From Delftia acidovorans NBRC 14950 (GTDB lineage: Bacteria; Pseudomonadota; Gammaproteobacteria; Burkholderiales; Burkholderiaceae_C), in the NCBI RefSeq assembly GCF_001598795.1, contig NZ_BCZP01000022.1:60001-92000 (forward strand): DNA of 32,000 bases, in the 5' to 3' direction. Made by a program: the position numbers and the translations under genes. Shown in pieces: positions 1 through 8,428 of this stretch. Position 1 is the stretch's first letter. Each line of letters opens with the position of its first letter. The notes below the pieces were generated by a model, which was not told the origin of the DNA, did no database searches, and saw only the letters and a list, made by a program, of their open reading frames with translations.

Positions 1-63
1 TACCTGCCGCTGCTGGGGCTGGCAACGGCATTTCTGCCGGAAACGCGCGCCCGGCGACGCTGA
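1..63 (+). CDS. 3' end of an unidentified gene (possibly a membrane transporter C-terminus)
   Basis: Frame 1 is open from the window edge to TGA at 61-63 (YLPLLGLATAFLPETRARRR*). A hydrophobic stretch followed by a basic tail fits a membrane protein end, but 20 residues are too few to assign. Confidence 0.25.
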   Translation, partial: YLPLLGLATAFLPETRARRR

Positions 64-72
64 GGCGCAGCC

Positions 73-1101
73 TCAATCCGGCTGTATGCCCGCCTGCCGG
101 ATCACGGCGGACCAGCGCGCCACCTCCTCGGCGATCTGGGCACGCGCCTCGGCAGGCGTGGTGAAGGTGGGCATGGCGCCCTGGGCAACCAGGGCATCCT
201 TCACTTCCTGCTGCCCCATCACCTCCTTGAGCGCGCCGCTGAGCCGGGCGACGATGGGAGCGGGTGTGCCCGCAGGCGCCAGCAGGCCGAACATCGACGT
301 CACCTCAAAGCCCGACAGCCCGGCCTCGGCCGTTGTGGGAATGTCGGCAATGGAGGGCACGCGCTGCGCCGTGGTCACGGCCAGGGCGCGCAGGCGGCCA
401 CCCTTGATGAAGCCCTGCGTGGCGGGCAGGGTGTCGAACACCACATCCACCTGGCCGCCCATCAGATCGTTGAGCGCCGGCGTGCTGCCCTTGTAGGGCA
501 CGTGGGTCAGCGGCACGCCCGCCTGCCGCTTGAACAGCTCGGCCGCCAGGTGCTGGGGCGAGCCATTGCCCGAGGAGCCGTAGTTCAGCCCGGCCGGCCT
601 GGTTTTGGCCAGCGCGATGAGCTCCGCGAGATTGGCCGACTTCACCGACGGGCCCACGGTCACCACCAGCGGCACGCGGCCCACCACGCCAATGGGCGCA
701 AAGCTCTTGTCCATGGTGAAGCCTGCCGTGGACGCCATGAGCACGCTGTTGATGGAATGGCTGGTCAGCGCGCCCAGCAGCAGCGTATAGCCATCGGGCC
801 TTTCCTTGGCCACGGCGGCGGCGCCCAGGTTGCCCGCCGCGCCGGCCCGGTTCTCCACCACCACGGGCTGGCCCAGCGCCAGCGAGAGCCTTTGCCCCAC
901 CACGCGCCCGATCACGTCGGTGGCGCCCCCGGGCGTGTAGGGAACGACCAGCTTGATGGGCCGGGCCGGATAGGCGCCGTCGGCCAGCGCGGGCGTGGCC
1001 AGGCCTGAGCCCAGCGCCAGCGAGGCCAGCAGCGCCGCAGCCAGGGCGGCGCGCCGGTTGGGCGCATGAATGCGACGGATGCGGGATGCAGCAACAACCA
1101 T
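73..1101 (-). CDS. Bug-family (TctC-like) tripartite tricarboxylate transporter substrate-binding protein
   Basis: The ORF track gives 73..1227. I trimmed it to the internal ATG at 1101, which is preceded by GGAGGAGACACCC (Shine-Dalgarno). The N-terminus MVVAASRIRR...LALGSGLATPALA is a signal peptide. It is followed by the typical Bug motif YPARPIKLVVPYTPGGATD and GSSGNGSPQHL. Confidence 0.9.
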   Translation of the reverse strand: MVVAASRIRRIHAPNRRAALAAALLASLALGSGLATPALADGAYPARPIKLVVPYTPGGATDVIGRVVGQRLSLALGQPVVVENRAGAAGNLGAAAVAKERPDGYTLLLGALTSHSINSVLMASTAGFTMDKSFAPIGVVGRVPLVVTVGPSVKSANLAELIALAKTRPAGLNYGSSGNGSPQHLAAELFKRQAGVPLTHVPYKGSTPALNDLMGGQVDVVFDTLPATQGFIKGGRLRALAVTTAQRVPSIADIPTTAEAGLSGFEVTSMFGLLAPAGTPAPIVARLSGALKEVMGQQEVKDALVAQGAMPTFTTPAEARAQIAEEVARWSAVIRQAGIQPD

Positions 1102-1304
1102 GGGTGTCTCCTCCTTTTGTCTTGTGTCGGAAAAACATGCCCGGCACGCACGCCGGGCACGGCTGCATGGTTGGCCAGATAGATTATTAATAATATAGGT
1201 GATAACGACGATAATAATCCGCGGCATCCGCCGCTATCCTGCCCCTCGACAAGGCAGCGCCTGCCTTCCGACCCCGCCCAGACCCTCTGCAAAGCACCCC
1301 ACCC

Positions 1305-3083
1305 ATGACCGACCCCAAGACTCCCGATGGCGCTCCAGGCCATGACATCGCCCCCGCCGATGCGGCCACGGGCATCTCCAAGGGCCTGACCAACTACGGC
1401 GACCGGGGCTTTTCGCTGTTCCTGCGCAAGGCCTTCATCAAGGGCGCGGGCTATACGGACTCGGCGCTGCAGCGCCCCGTCATCGGCATTGCCAACACGG
1501 GCAGCAGCTACAACCCCTGCCACGGCAACGCGCCCCAGCTGATCGAGGCCGTCAAGCGCGGCGTCATGCTGGCAGGCGGCCTGCCCATGGACTTCCCCAC
1601 CATTTCGGTGCACGAAAGCTTCTCGGCGCCGACCAGCATGTACCTGCGCAACCTCATGTCCATGGACACCGAGGAGATGATCCGCGCCCAGCCCATGGAT
1701 GCCGTCGTGCTCATCGGCGGCTGCGACAAGACGGTGCCGGCCCAGTTGATGGGCGCGGCCTCGGCGGGCATCCCGGCCATCCAGCTGATCACCGGGTCGA
1801 TGCTCACCGGCTCGCACCGCAGCGAGCGCGTGGGCGCCTGCACCGATTGCCGCCGCTACTGGGGCAAGTTCCGCGCCGAAGAGATCGACGCCGAAGAGAT
1901 CGCCGACGTGAACAACCAGCTGGTGGCCAGCGTGGGCACCTGCTCGGTCATGGGCACGGCCAGCACCATGGCCTGCATTGCCGAGGCGCTGGGCATGACC
2001 GTGCCCGGCGGCGCCTCGCCCCCCGCCGTCACGGCCGATCGGATCCGCATCGCCGAGCAGACCGGCACCGAGGCCGTGCGCATGGCGCGCGAGCGCCTGA
2101 CCATCGACAAAATCCTCACGCCCGCCGCCTTCGAGAACGCCATGCGCGTGCTGCTGGCCATCGGCGGCTCCACCAACGGCATCGTGCACCTGGCCGCCAT
2201 CGCGGGGCGCATGGGCTATGACATCGACCTCAAGGCCATGGATCGCATGGGCCGCGACACGCCCGTGCTGCTGGACCTCAAGCCCTCGGGCGACCACTAC
2301 ATGGAGGACTTCCACCACGCGGGCGGCATGGCCACGCTGCTGCGCGAGCTCAAGCCCCTGCTGAACCTGGACGCCCTCACCGTCACCGGCCGCACGCTGG
2401 GCGAAGAGATCGACCGCGCCGGCCCCGGCTTTGCGCAGGACGTGGTGCGCCCGCGCTCCAACCCCATCTACCCGCAGGGCGGCATCGCCGTGCTGCAGGG
2501 CAACCTGGCGCCGGGCGGCGCCATCATCAAGCAGTCGGCCGCCCATCCCCGGCTCATGGAGCACGAAGGCCGCGCCGTGGTCTTCGAGAACGCGGCCGAC
2601 CTGGCCCACCGCATCGACAGCGACGATCTGGACGTGACGGCCGACGACATCCTCGTGCTCAAGAACATCGGCCCCAAGGGCGCGCCCGGCATGCCCGAGG
2701 CGGGCTACATCCCCATCCCGCGCAAGCTGGCCCGCGCGGGCATCAAGGACATCGTGCGCATCTCCGACGGGCGCATGAGCGGCACGGCCTTCGGCACCAT
2801 CGTGCTGCATGTCACGCCGGAGTCGGCCGTGGGCGGCCCGCTCGCCCATGTGCACAACGGCGACCGCATCACGCTGTCGGTGGCGCGGCGCGAGCTCACG
2901 CTGCAGGTCAGCGACGAGGAACTGGCCCGCCGCGCCCGGCTCCACCCGGTGACCGAGCCCACGGCCGAACGCGGCTACCGCAAGCTCTTTCTCACCACCG
3001 TGAACCAGGCCGACCAGGGCGTGGACTTCGACTTCCTGCGCTGCGCGACCGAACGCGGCACCATTCCCGGCCCGCGCGAATAG
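1305..3083 (+). CDS. IlvD/Edd-family dehydratase (sugar-acid dehydratase type, e.g. arabonate/xylonate-like)
   Basis: 592-aa ORF with family hallmarks: PVIGIANTGSSYNPCH, GGCDKTVPAQLMG, MGTASTMACIAEALG, RISDGRMSGTAFG. Context is a Bug binding protein and a GntR regulator. Confidence 0.92.
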   Translation: MTDPKTPDGAPGHDIAPADAATGISKGLTNYGDRGFSLFLRKAFIKGAGYTDSALQRPVIGIANTGSSYNPCHGNAPQLIEAVKRGVMLAGGLPMDFPTISVHESFSAPTSMYLRNLMSMDTEEMIRAQPMDAVVLIGGCDKTVPAQLMGAASAGIPAIQLITGSMLTGSHRSERVGACTDCRRYWGKFRAEEIDAEEIADVNNQLVASVGTCSVMGTASTMACIAEALGMTVPGGASPPAVTADRIRIAEQTGTEAVRMARERLTIDKILTPAAFENAMRVLLAIGGSTNGIVHLAAIAGRMGYDIDLKAMDRMGRDTPVLLDLKPSGDHYMEDFHHAGGMATLLRELKPLLNLDALTVTGRTLGEEIDRAGPGFAQDVVRPRSNPIYPQGGIAVLQGNLAPGGAIIKQSAAHPRLMEHEGRAVVFENAADLAHRIDSDDLDVTADDILVLKNIGPKGAPGMPEAGYIPIPRKLARAGIKDIVRISDGRMSGTAFGTIVLHVTPESAVGGPLAHVHNGDRITLSVARRELTLQVSDEELARRARLHPVTEPTAERGYRKLFLTTVNQADQGVDFDFLRCATERGTIPGPRE

Positions 3084-3086
3084 TCC

Positions 3087-3866
3087 ATGCCAGGCAGCGC
3101 GGCACGCCCGCCATGCCCAGTGAAGGCCATCAGTTCGGACAAAATGGCGTTTTTGTCCCAACCGCCTGTCTTGATGGTCGCTGCCGCCTCACTGCCGATT
3201 TCCCTGGATGCCGAACCCGCCCCCGCAGCCGACGCCCTGGGCGCCATGGTGGCCGCGCTGGAAGAGGACGTGGTCTTCGGCCGGCTGCACCCGCGCGAGC
3301 GCCTGGTTGAAGACGACCTCATGGCCCGATTCGACGTCAAGCGCCACATCGCCCGCGAGGCCCTGGCCGCGCTGGACCGCATGGGCCTCATCGAGCGCCG
3401 CAAGAACGTCGGCGCCCTGGTGCGCTCCTTCTCCACCCAGGAAGTGCAGGAGCTGTACGAGCTGCGCGGCATGCTCGAAGTCGAGGCCGCGCGCAAGATC
3501 CCCCTGCCCGTTCCCCCCGAAAGCCTGGACCGCCTGACCGCCATCCAGCAGCAGCACGACGCCGCCGTGGCCGAAGGCAACGCGCGCCTGGTGTTCCGCA
3601 TCAACCTGGCCTTTCACCAGGAACTGTTTGCGCTGGCGGGCAACGACACGCTGCACAAGGCCATCACCGAATACGCGCGCCAGACCCACCCCATCCGCTT
3701 CGCCTCCCTGGTCTCGGCCGACTACCGCGAGCGCGCGCGCCAGGAACACTGGCAAATGATCGAAGCCCTGCGCGCCCAGGACCGCGACGCACTGGTGCGC
3801 CTGTGCGCCGAGCACCTGCTGCCCTCACGCGATGCGTATCTGAATGCGCAGTTGCAGCGGTTGTAG
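3087..3866 (+). CDS. GntR-family transcriptional regulator with FCD (FadR C-terminal) domain
   Basis: Winged-HTH segment LVEDDLMARFDVKRHIAREALAALDRMGLIERRKNVGALV, then an FCD-like helical domain (ELYELRGMLEVEAA...FHQELFALAGN). The start is uncertain. In-frame ATGs at 3144, 3174 and 3246 would give a more typical short N-terminus. None has a clear SD. Confidence 0.85.
   Translation: MPGSAARPPCPVKAISSDKMAFLSQPPVLMVAAASLPISLDAEPAPAADALGAMVAALEEDVVFGRLHPRERLVEDDLMARFDVKRHIAREALAALDRMGLIERRKNVGALVRSFSTQEVQELYELRGMLEVEAARKIPLPVPPESLDRLTAIQQQHDAAVAEGNARLVFRINLAFHQELFALAGNDTLHKAITEYARQTHPIRFASLVSADYRERARQEHWQMIEALRAQDRDALVRLCAEHLLPSRDAYLNAQLQRL
3137..3158. promoter_or_regulatory. Inverted repeat GGACAAAA-N6-TTTTGTCC (candidate GntR operator or weak hairpin)
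   Basis: Perfect 8-bp arms are read directly at 3137-3144 and 3151-3158, in a locally A+T-richer stretch just after the dehydratase stop. It lies inside the longest possible GntR ORF, but upstream of the alternative start at 3246. Confidence 0.3.
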
Positions 3867-3900
3867 GTGAAGTCCTTAGCTGGGCGGGCAGTGCAGCCCC

Positions 3901-4734
3901 TCAGTCCCGAGCCGCCCCCAACCTCCCCCGGTACGCCGCAGGCGTCTCCCCGAACGTGCGCCGGAACAGCCCGATGAAGGCGCTGGCCGTGGCGTAGCCC
4001 AGGTCCAGCGCGATGTTCGTTACCGGCGCGCCGGCGGCCAGCATCTCCAGCGAGCGCATCAGCCGTGCGCGCTGGCGCCAGGCGGTGAAGCTGAAGCCGG
4101 TTTCCGAGACAAAGCGCCGGCTCAGCGTGCGCGAGCTGACCGCTGCCCAGCGCGCCCAGGCCTCCAGGTCGCGGGCATCGGCCGGGTCGGCGATCAGCGC
4201 GCGGGCGATGCGCTGCAGGCGCGGGTCGGCGGGCAGGGGCAGGCCCAGGGGCTCCACGGGCAGGGTGCGGATCTCGTCCAGGATCACCGCCATCACATGG
4301 GCGCGGGCCTGGTCCGCCGAAGGGCCTGGTTGCACGGGCTGCGTTGTGGGCACGCCTTGCTGCCATCCCCAGCCGGCGGCGCGCAGCACGGCCTCACGCA
4401 GCAGGCCCGAGGTGCGGATGGCGCAGGGCCGCTGCGGCAGGTCGGCGCAGGCCGGCTCCGCCACATAGACGCTCCAGCCGTGGAAGGGACCATGTGAGCG
4501 GCCCGAATGCAGCTGGTGCGGCGGCAGCCACACGGCATGGATGGCGGGCACCACCCAGACCGCGTCTTCCACGCCCACCGACAGCAGCCCGCGCAGCGAG
4601 CCGAACAGCTGGCCGCGCGCGTGGCGGTGCGGCTCGGAGGCCAGTTCCTCGTCCTGGTTGCCCACGGCCGCGATCAGCACGGGGCCATCGGCACGGTTCA
4701 CATGGCTGACGAGTTCAAGAATGGCGTCGGGCAT
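3901..4734 (-). CDS. AraC-family transcriptional regulator with N-terminal cupin-type sensor domain
   Basis: 277-aa ORF. The N-terminal part has HRHARGQLF...VWVVPAIHAVWLPP (cupin-like). The C-terminal part has the AraC double HTH: SSRTLSRRFVSETGFSFTAWRQRARL...IALDLGYATASAFIGLFRRTFGETPAAY. Confidence 0.88.
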   Translation of the reverse strand: MPDAILELVSHVNRADGPVLIAAVGNQDEELASEPHRHARGQLFGSLRGLLSVGVEDAVWVVPAIHAVWLPPHQLHSGRSHGPFHGWSVYVAEPACADLPQRPCAIRTSGLLREAVLRAAGWGWQQGVPTTQPVQPGPSADQARAHVMAVILDEIRTLPVEPLGLPLPADPRLQRIARALIADPADARDLEAWARWAAVSSRTLSRRFVSETGFSFTAWRQRARLMRSLEMLAAGAPVTNIALDLGYATASAFIGLFRRTFGETPAAYRGRLGAARD

Positions 4735-4804
4735 GGCGTCTTTGAGCTATTTGTTGGCTGATCCAGTCTACAGCCGCCAACGTCTTTGTTCTTACGCTTG
4801 TGCC

Positions 4805-5467
4805 ATGCACACAGACAACACCGCCCTTGCAGAGCCGCCAGGCCCGGCCATCGACCTGGACTCGCTCTACGCCGCCCCGGCAGAAAGAATCCAGAAGGCC
4901 GTGCGCGACCGCCTGTCCGACTTCCACGAGGCCTATCTGCGCCAGGCCAGCTTCTTTTGCCTGGCCACGGCCGGCGAACGCGGCCTGGATGCCTCGCCGC
5001 GCGGCGGGCCGCCCGGCTTTGTGCAGGTGCTGGACGAGCGCACCGTGGCCTTTGCCGACTGGCCCGGCAACAACCGCATCGAATCCCTGCGCAACCTGCA
5101 GGCCGATGACCGCCTGGCCATGCTCTTCCTGTTCCCGGGGCTGGACATCTTCCTGCGCATCAACGGACGCGGCCGCATCTCCACCGACCCCCATCTGCTG
5201 CAGGAGCTGAGCGAAGGCCGGGGCACGCCCAAGACCGCCACCGTGGTGCTGGTCGACGAGGTGCTGCTGCACTGCGGCAAAGCCATCCACCGCTCCGGCC
5301 TGTGGAACCCGTCAAGCCAGCTGGACCGCACCGCCCTGCCCACCGTGGGCCAGATGATGGCCGCCCTCACGCAGCTGGCCGATGCCACGGCGCCCGCCAT
5401 GGATGCCGCCCAACAGGAGCAGGCCAACGCCCACTACGCCCATGCGGTCAGGCACGACCTGTACTGA
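4805..5467 (+). CDS. PPOX-class (pyridoxamine 5'-phosphate oxidase-like) FMN-dependent flavoprotein
   Basis: The track ORF 4541..5467 was trimmed to ATG 4805 (MHTDNTALAE...). Motifs DASPRGGPPGFV, FADWPGNNRIESLRNL and LFLFPGLDIFLRINGRG are characteristic of this split-barrel family. It is divergent from the AraC gene. Confidence 0.8.
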   Translation: MHTDNTALAEPPGPAIDLDSLYAAPAERIQKAVRDRLSDFHEAYLRQASFFCLATAGERGLDASPRGGPPGFVQVLDERTVAFADWPGNNRIESLRNLQADDRLAMLFLFPGLDIFLRINGRGRISTDPHLLQELSEGRGTPKTATVVLVDEVLLHCGKAIHRSGLWNPSSQLDRTALPTVGQMMAALTQLADATAPAMDAAQQEQANAHYAHAVRHDLY

Positions 5468-5495
5468 TGCCCTGCTTTTTCCCAGGAACCAGGAC

Positions 5496-5900
5496 ATGCT
5501 GATCGATACCTCCCGCTTTCCCCTGGTCTACCTGCGCGAACCCGAAGCGCAGGCACCTGCAGACGCAGGCAACGGCAATGACGCATCGGCCGAAGCCCAG
5601 ATCGAATCCCTGCTCGACCAGGGCCGGCAATTCGTGCTGCTCACCGATCACCTGCCCGGCGACCACCCCGAGGAAAGCCACGAAGAACGCAAGCAGCGCG
5701 CCCTGTTCTTCAAGCGCAACCGCGAACGCATGCGCCAGCTGTGCCGGGGCATGGTCGTCATCACGGGCGACCGCGCCGTGCCCACCGCCCTGCGCCTGGC
5801 CGTGCAAGGCATGGGCAAGGCGCTGGGCATGCGGGTTGCGTTCGTGCAGGGGGAGGATGAGGCGCAGGCGTGCTCGCGGGAGCTGCTTGGACAGGCGTGA
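5496..5900 (+). CDS. Hypothetical protein (134 aa), no family recognised
   Basis: The track ORF 5382..5900 was trimmed to ATG 5496 (MLIDTSRFPLVYLRE...). Third-position G+C is high and host-like. It starts 28 nt after the PPOX gene on the same strand. Confidence 0.55.
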   Translation: MLIDTSRFPLVYLREPEAQAPADAGNGNDASAEAQIESLLDQGRQFVLLTDHLPGDHPEESHEERKQRALFFKRNRERMRQLCRGMVVITGDRAVPTALRLAVQGMGKALGMRVAFVQGEDEAQACSRELLGQA

Positions 5901-5971
5901 ACGCAGGCCAGGCGGAATGTGGGCACAAACAGACACATCTCCCTACAAGCTCCATACGGGGGAGTCGCATC

Positions 5972-5998
5972 GATAAAATTATTGGGAATCATTCTCAT
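5972..5998. promoter_or_regulatory. Fur-box-like sequence upstream of the TonB-dependent receptor
   Basis: GATAAAATTATTGGGAATCATTCTCATC. The segment ATTATTGGGAATCATTCTC matches about 13 of 19 positions of the GATAATGATAATCATTATC consensus by eye. It lies 13-40 nt upstream of the receptor ATG in an A+T-rich patch. Confidence 0.45.
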
Positions 5999-6010
5999 CC
6001 AGTTTTCTCC

Positions 6011-8251
6011 ATGCACTCCCCCCTCCACACGCTGACCCCGATCGCCGGGGCCCTGGCCCTTCTTTTGTCTGCTGGCGCCGCATGGGCCCAGCCTGCCCCT
6101 TCCACGGCAACGGCCGCGCCCGAGCTGGGCACCGTCACCGTGGAGGCCAGCGCCGATGCGTCGGCTGAAGGCCTGTCCAGGCCCTACGCGGGCGGCCAGG
6201 TGGCGCGCGGCGGGCGGGCCGGGATTCTGGGCACGCGCGACAACATGGAGACGCCGTTCTCCATCACCAGCTACACCAACGAGCTGATCCAGGACCGCCA
6301 GGCCAAGAGCGTGGGCGATGTGCTGCAGAACGATCCTTCCGTGCGCGTGGCGCGCGGCTTCGGCAATTTCCAGGAGTCCTACTTCGTGCGCGGCTTCGTG
6401 CTGGGCTCGGACGACGTGGCCTACAACGGCCTGTACGCCCTGCTGCCGCGCCAGTACATCGCCACCGAGCTGTTCGAGCGCGTGGAGCTGCTGCGCGGCG
6501 CATCGGCTTTTCTGATGGGCGCCAGCCCCAATGGCGGCGGGCTGGGCGGCAACATCAACCTGCTGCCCAAGCGCGCGGGCACTGATCCGCTGTCGCGCGT
6601 GACGGCAGGCATTGCCAGCGGCGGCCAGGCCTTCGTGGCGGCCGACGTGAGCCGGCGCTTCGGCCCCGACCAGGCCACGGGCATCCGCCTGAACGCTGCG
6701 CACCGGGGCGGCGATACGGCCATCGACCAGGAAAGCTCCAAGCTCGATCTGTTGTCCGTGGGCATGGACTGGCGCAGCCGCAATGTGCGCCTGTCGGGCG
6801 ACATCGGCTGGCAGGACAACCGCCTCAAGCGCACGCGCACCAATGTCACGCCGGGCGCAGGGCTGGCGGCCATTCCTGCGGCGCCCGATGCTTCCTCCAA
6901 CTGGGCCCAGCCCTGGACCTATTCCGACGAGCGCGACCTGTTCGGCACGCTGCGCGGCGAATGGGACATCAACAGCAACGTGACGGCCTGGGCCGCCTAC
7001 GGCCTGCGCCGCAGCTCCGAGAACAACTCGCTGGCCAACATCACGCTGGCGGCGGCCGGCAATGGCGCGGCCACCACCAGCCGCTTCGACAACGCCCGCA
7101 AGGACCGCGTGAGCACGGGCGAGCTGGGCGTGCGCGCACGCCTGCAGACGGGCGATGTGGGCCATGAGATCGTCGCCAGCTATTCGGCCTTCGACCTCAA
7201 GGTCTACAACGCCTATGGCATGAGCACCGGCGGGGGCAGCAACACGCTGGCCACCAATCTCTACGACCCGCGCTACTACGCGATCACGCCGCTCAACTAC
7301 CTGGGCAACGACCTGTCCAACCCCGCCTACAACCGGGGCACGCGCCTGAACAGCTTTGCGCTGGGCGACACGCTGTCGCTGATGGACGGCCGCATGCTGG
7401 TGACGGCCGGCGTGCGCCGCCAGACGATAGAGACCGACTCGGTGAGCTACCGCCTCGTCAGCAACGGCGCCGTCACCAGCCAGGGCGGCGTGCGCACGGC
7501 CTATGACCAGAGCCGCACCAGCCCGGTGCTGGGCGCGGTGTTCAAGCTCACGCCCCAGGTATCGCTGTACGGCAACTACATCGAGGGACTGGCCCAGGGC
7601 GACACGGCGCCGGCCAAGTCGGGCGACACCATCATCGCCAACGCGGGCCAGCAGATGTCGCCCTACGTGACCAAGCAAAAGGAAGTGGGCATCAAGTACG
7701 ACGGCGGCAAGCTGGGCGGCGGCCTGGCCTTCTTCTCCACCGACAAGCCGCGCTCGCTGATCGACGGCAACCTCTTCACCTCGGCCGGCAAGGACCGTCA
7801 CCAGGGCGTGGAATTCAACGTCTTCGGCGAACCCATGCGCGGCCTGCGCCTGCTGGGCGGCGCCACCTGGCTGGACGCCAGGCAGCAAAGCACGGGCCGC
7901 GCCACCACCGACGGCAAGCGCGTCATCGGCGTGCCGCGCTTCCAGGCCACGGCGGGCGTGGAATGGGATGTGCCGGGCATCAACGGCCTGGCGCTGGACG
8001 GCCGCCTGGTGCACACAGGCGCCAGCTACGCCAACGACGTCAACACCCTGCGGGTGGCCGGATGGAACCGCCTGGACCTGGGCGTGCGCTACATGACCGA
8101 AGTGCAGGGCAAGCTGCTCACGCTGCGCCTGCGCGTGGACAACGCGACGGACCGCAACTACTGGGCCTCCGTGGGCGGCTACCCGGGTTCGGGCTACCTG
8201 ACGGTGGGCGGTCCGCGCACGTTCTCGCTGAGTGCGAGTGTGGATTTCTAA
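6011..8251 (+). CDS. TonB-dependent siderophore receptor
   Basis: The track ORF 5870..8251 was trimmed to ATG 6011 (MHSPLHTLTPIAGALALLLSAGAAWA is a signal peptide). It has a TonB-box-like ELGTVTVEA, a plug motif NMETPFSITSYTNELIQDRQAKSVGDVLQNDPSV, and a beta-barrel ending in terminal Phe (SASVDF). Confidence 0.92.
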   Translation: MHSPLHTLTPIAGALALLLSAGAAWAQPAPSTATAAPELGTVTVEASADASAEGLSRPYAGGQVARGGRAGILGTRDNMETPFSITSYTNELIQDRQAKSVGDVLQNDPSVRVARGFGNFQESYFVRGFVLGSDDVAYNGLYALLPRQYIATELFERVELLRGASAFLMGASPNGGGLGGNINLLPKRAGTDPLSRVTAGIASGGQAFVAADVSRRFGPDQATGIRLNAAHRGGDTAIDQESSKLDLLSVGMDWRSRNVRLSGDIGWQDNRLKRTRTNVTPGAGLAAIPAAPDASSNWAQPWTYSDERDLFGTLRGEWDINSNVTAWAAYGLRRSSENNSLANITLAAAGNGAATTSRFDNARKDRVSTGELGVRARLQTGDVGHEIVASYSAFDLKVYNAYGMSTGGGSNTLATNLYDPRYYAITPLNYLGNDLSNPAYNRGTRLNSFALGDTLSLMDGRMLVTAGVRRQTIETDSVSYRLVSNGAVTSQGGVRTAYDQSRTSPVLGAVFKLTPQVSLYGNYIEGLAQGDTAPAKSGDTIIANAGQQMSPYVTKQKEVGIKYDGGKLGGGLAFFSTDKPRSLIDGNLFTSAGKDRHQGVEFNVFGEPMRGLRLLGGATWLDARQQSTGRATTDGKRVIGVPRFQATAGVEWDVPGINGLALDGRLVHTGASYANDVNTLRVAGWNRLDLGVRYMTEVQGKLLTLRLRVDNATDRNYWASVGGYPGSGYLTVGGPRTFSLSASVDF

Positions 8252-8256
8252 TGGCA

Positions 8257-8288
8257 TGCGTGCATGGCCAGACGATGCCATGCACGCA
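8257..8288. terminator. 12-bp stem hairpin after the receptor gene (possible terminator, no U-tract)
   Basis: TGCGTGCATGGC (8257-8268) and GCCATGCACGCA (8277-8288) are perfect complements around an 8-nt loop, starting 6 nt after the stop codon. No T-run follows, so intrinsic-terminator function is uncertain. Confidence 0.35.
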
Positions 8289-8428
8289 CGTGACTGCCTA
8301 TCGGGAGTTGGCGAGCGCCTCGCAAGCCTCACTGGCTGCGTTCGTGATGTTTGCCATGTTCACGTGGCACGAACATCAGGAAAAAGCGAACAAAGCCGGA
8401 ATACCAGGCTTCAGGCCGCAGCCCGCCC

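Noticed and set aside
912-3161. Very long ORFs antisense to, or out of frame with, recognisable genes. Examples: 912..3161 (-), 5648..8332 (-), 19038..21791 (-), 26499..29804 (+), 25189..27117 (+), 13215..15092 (+).
   Set aside because: Their translations are dominated by Arg, Ala, Gly, Pro and His and contain no recognisable motifs. Each overlaps a gene with clear family signatures on the other strand or frame. Such open frames are expected by chance in DNA this G+C-rich because stop codons are rare.
5870-6010. The N-terminal extension of the TonB-receptor ORF, considered as a possible FecA-type signalling domain that could partner the orphan FecR.
   Set aside because: The extension precedes the Fur-box-like site and the signal peptide, and it translates to non-protein-like sequence. 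The mature receptor goes straight from signal peptide to TonB box and plug, so it is not a transducer.
8346-8377. The bulged hairpin GATGTTTGCCA-N8-TGGCAcgAACATC, centred on CACGTG, about 52 nt downstream of the MgtC-family gene.
   Set aside because: No U-tract follows on either strand, and the context is ambiguous (convergent gene ends). It could be a terminator, but the evidence is too weak to list as a feature.
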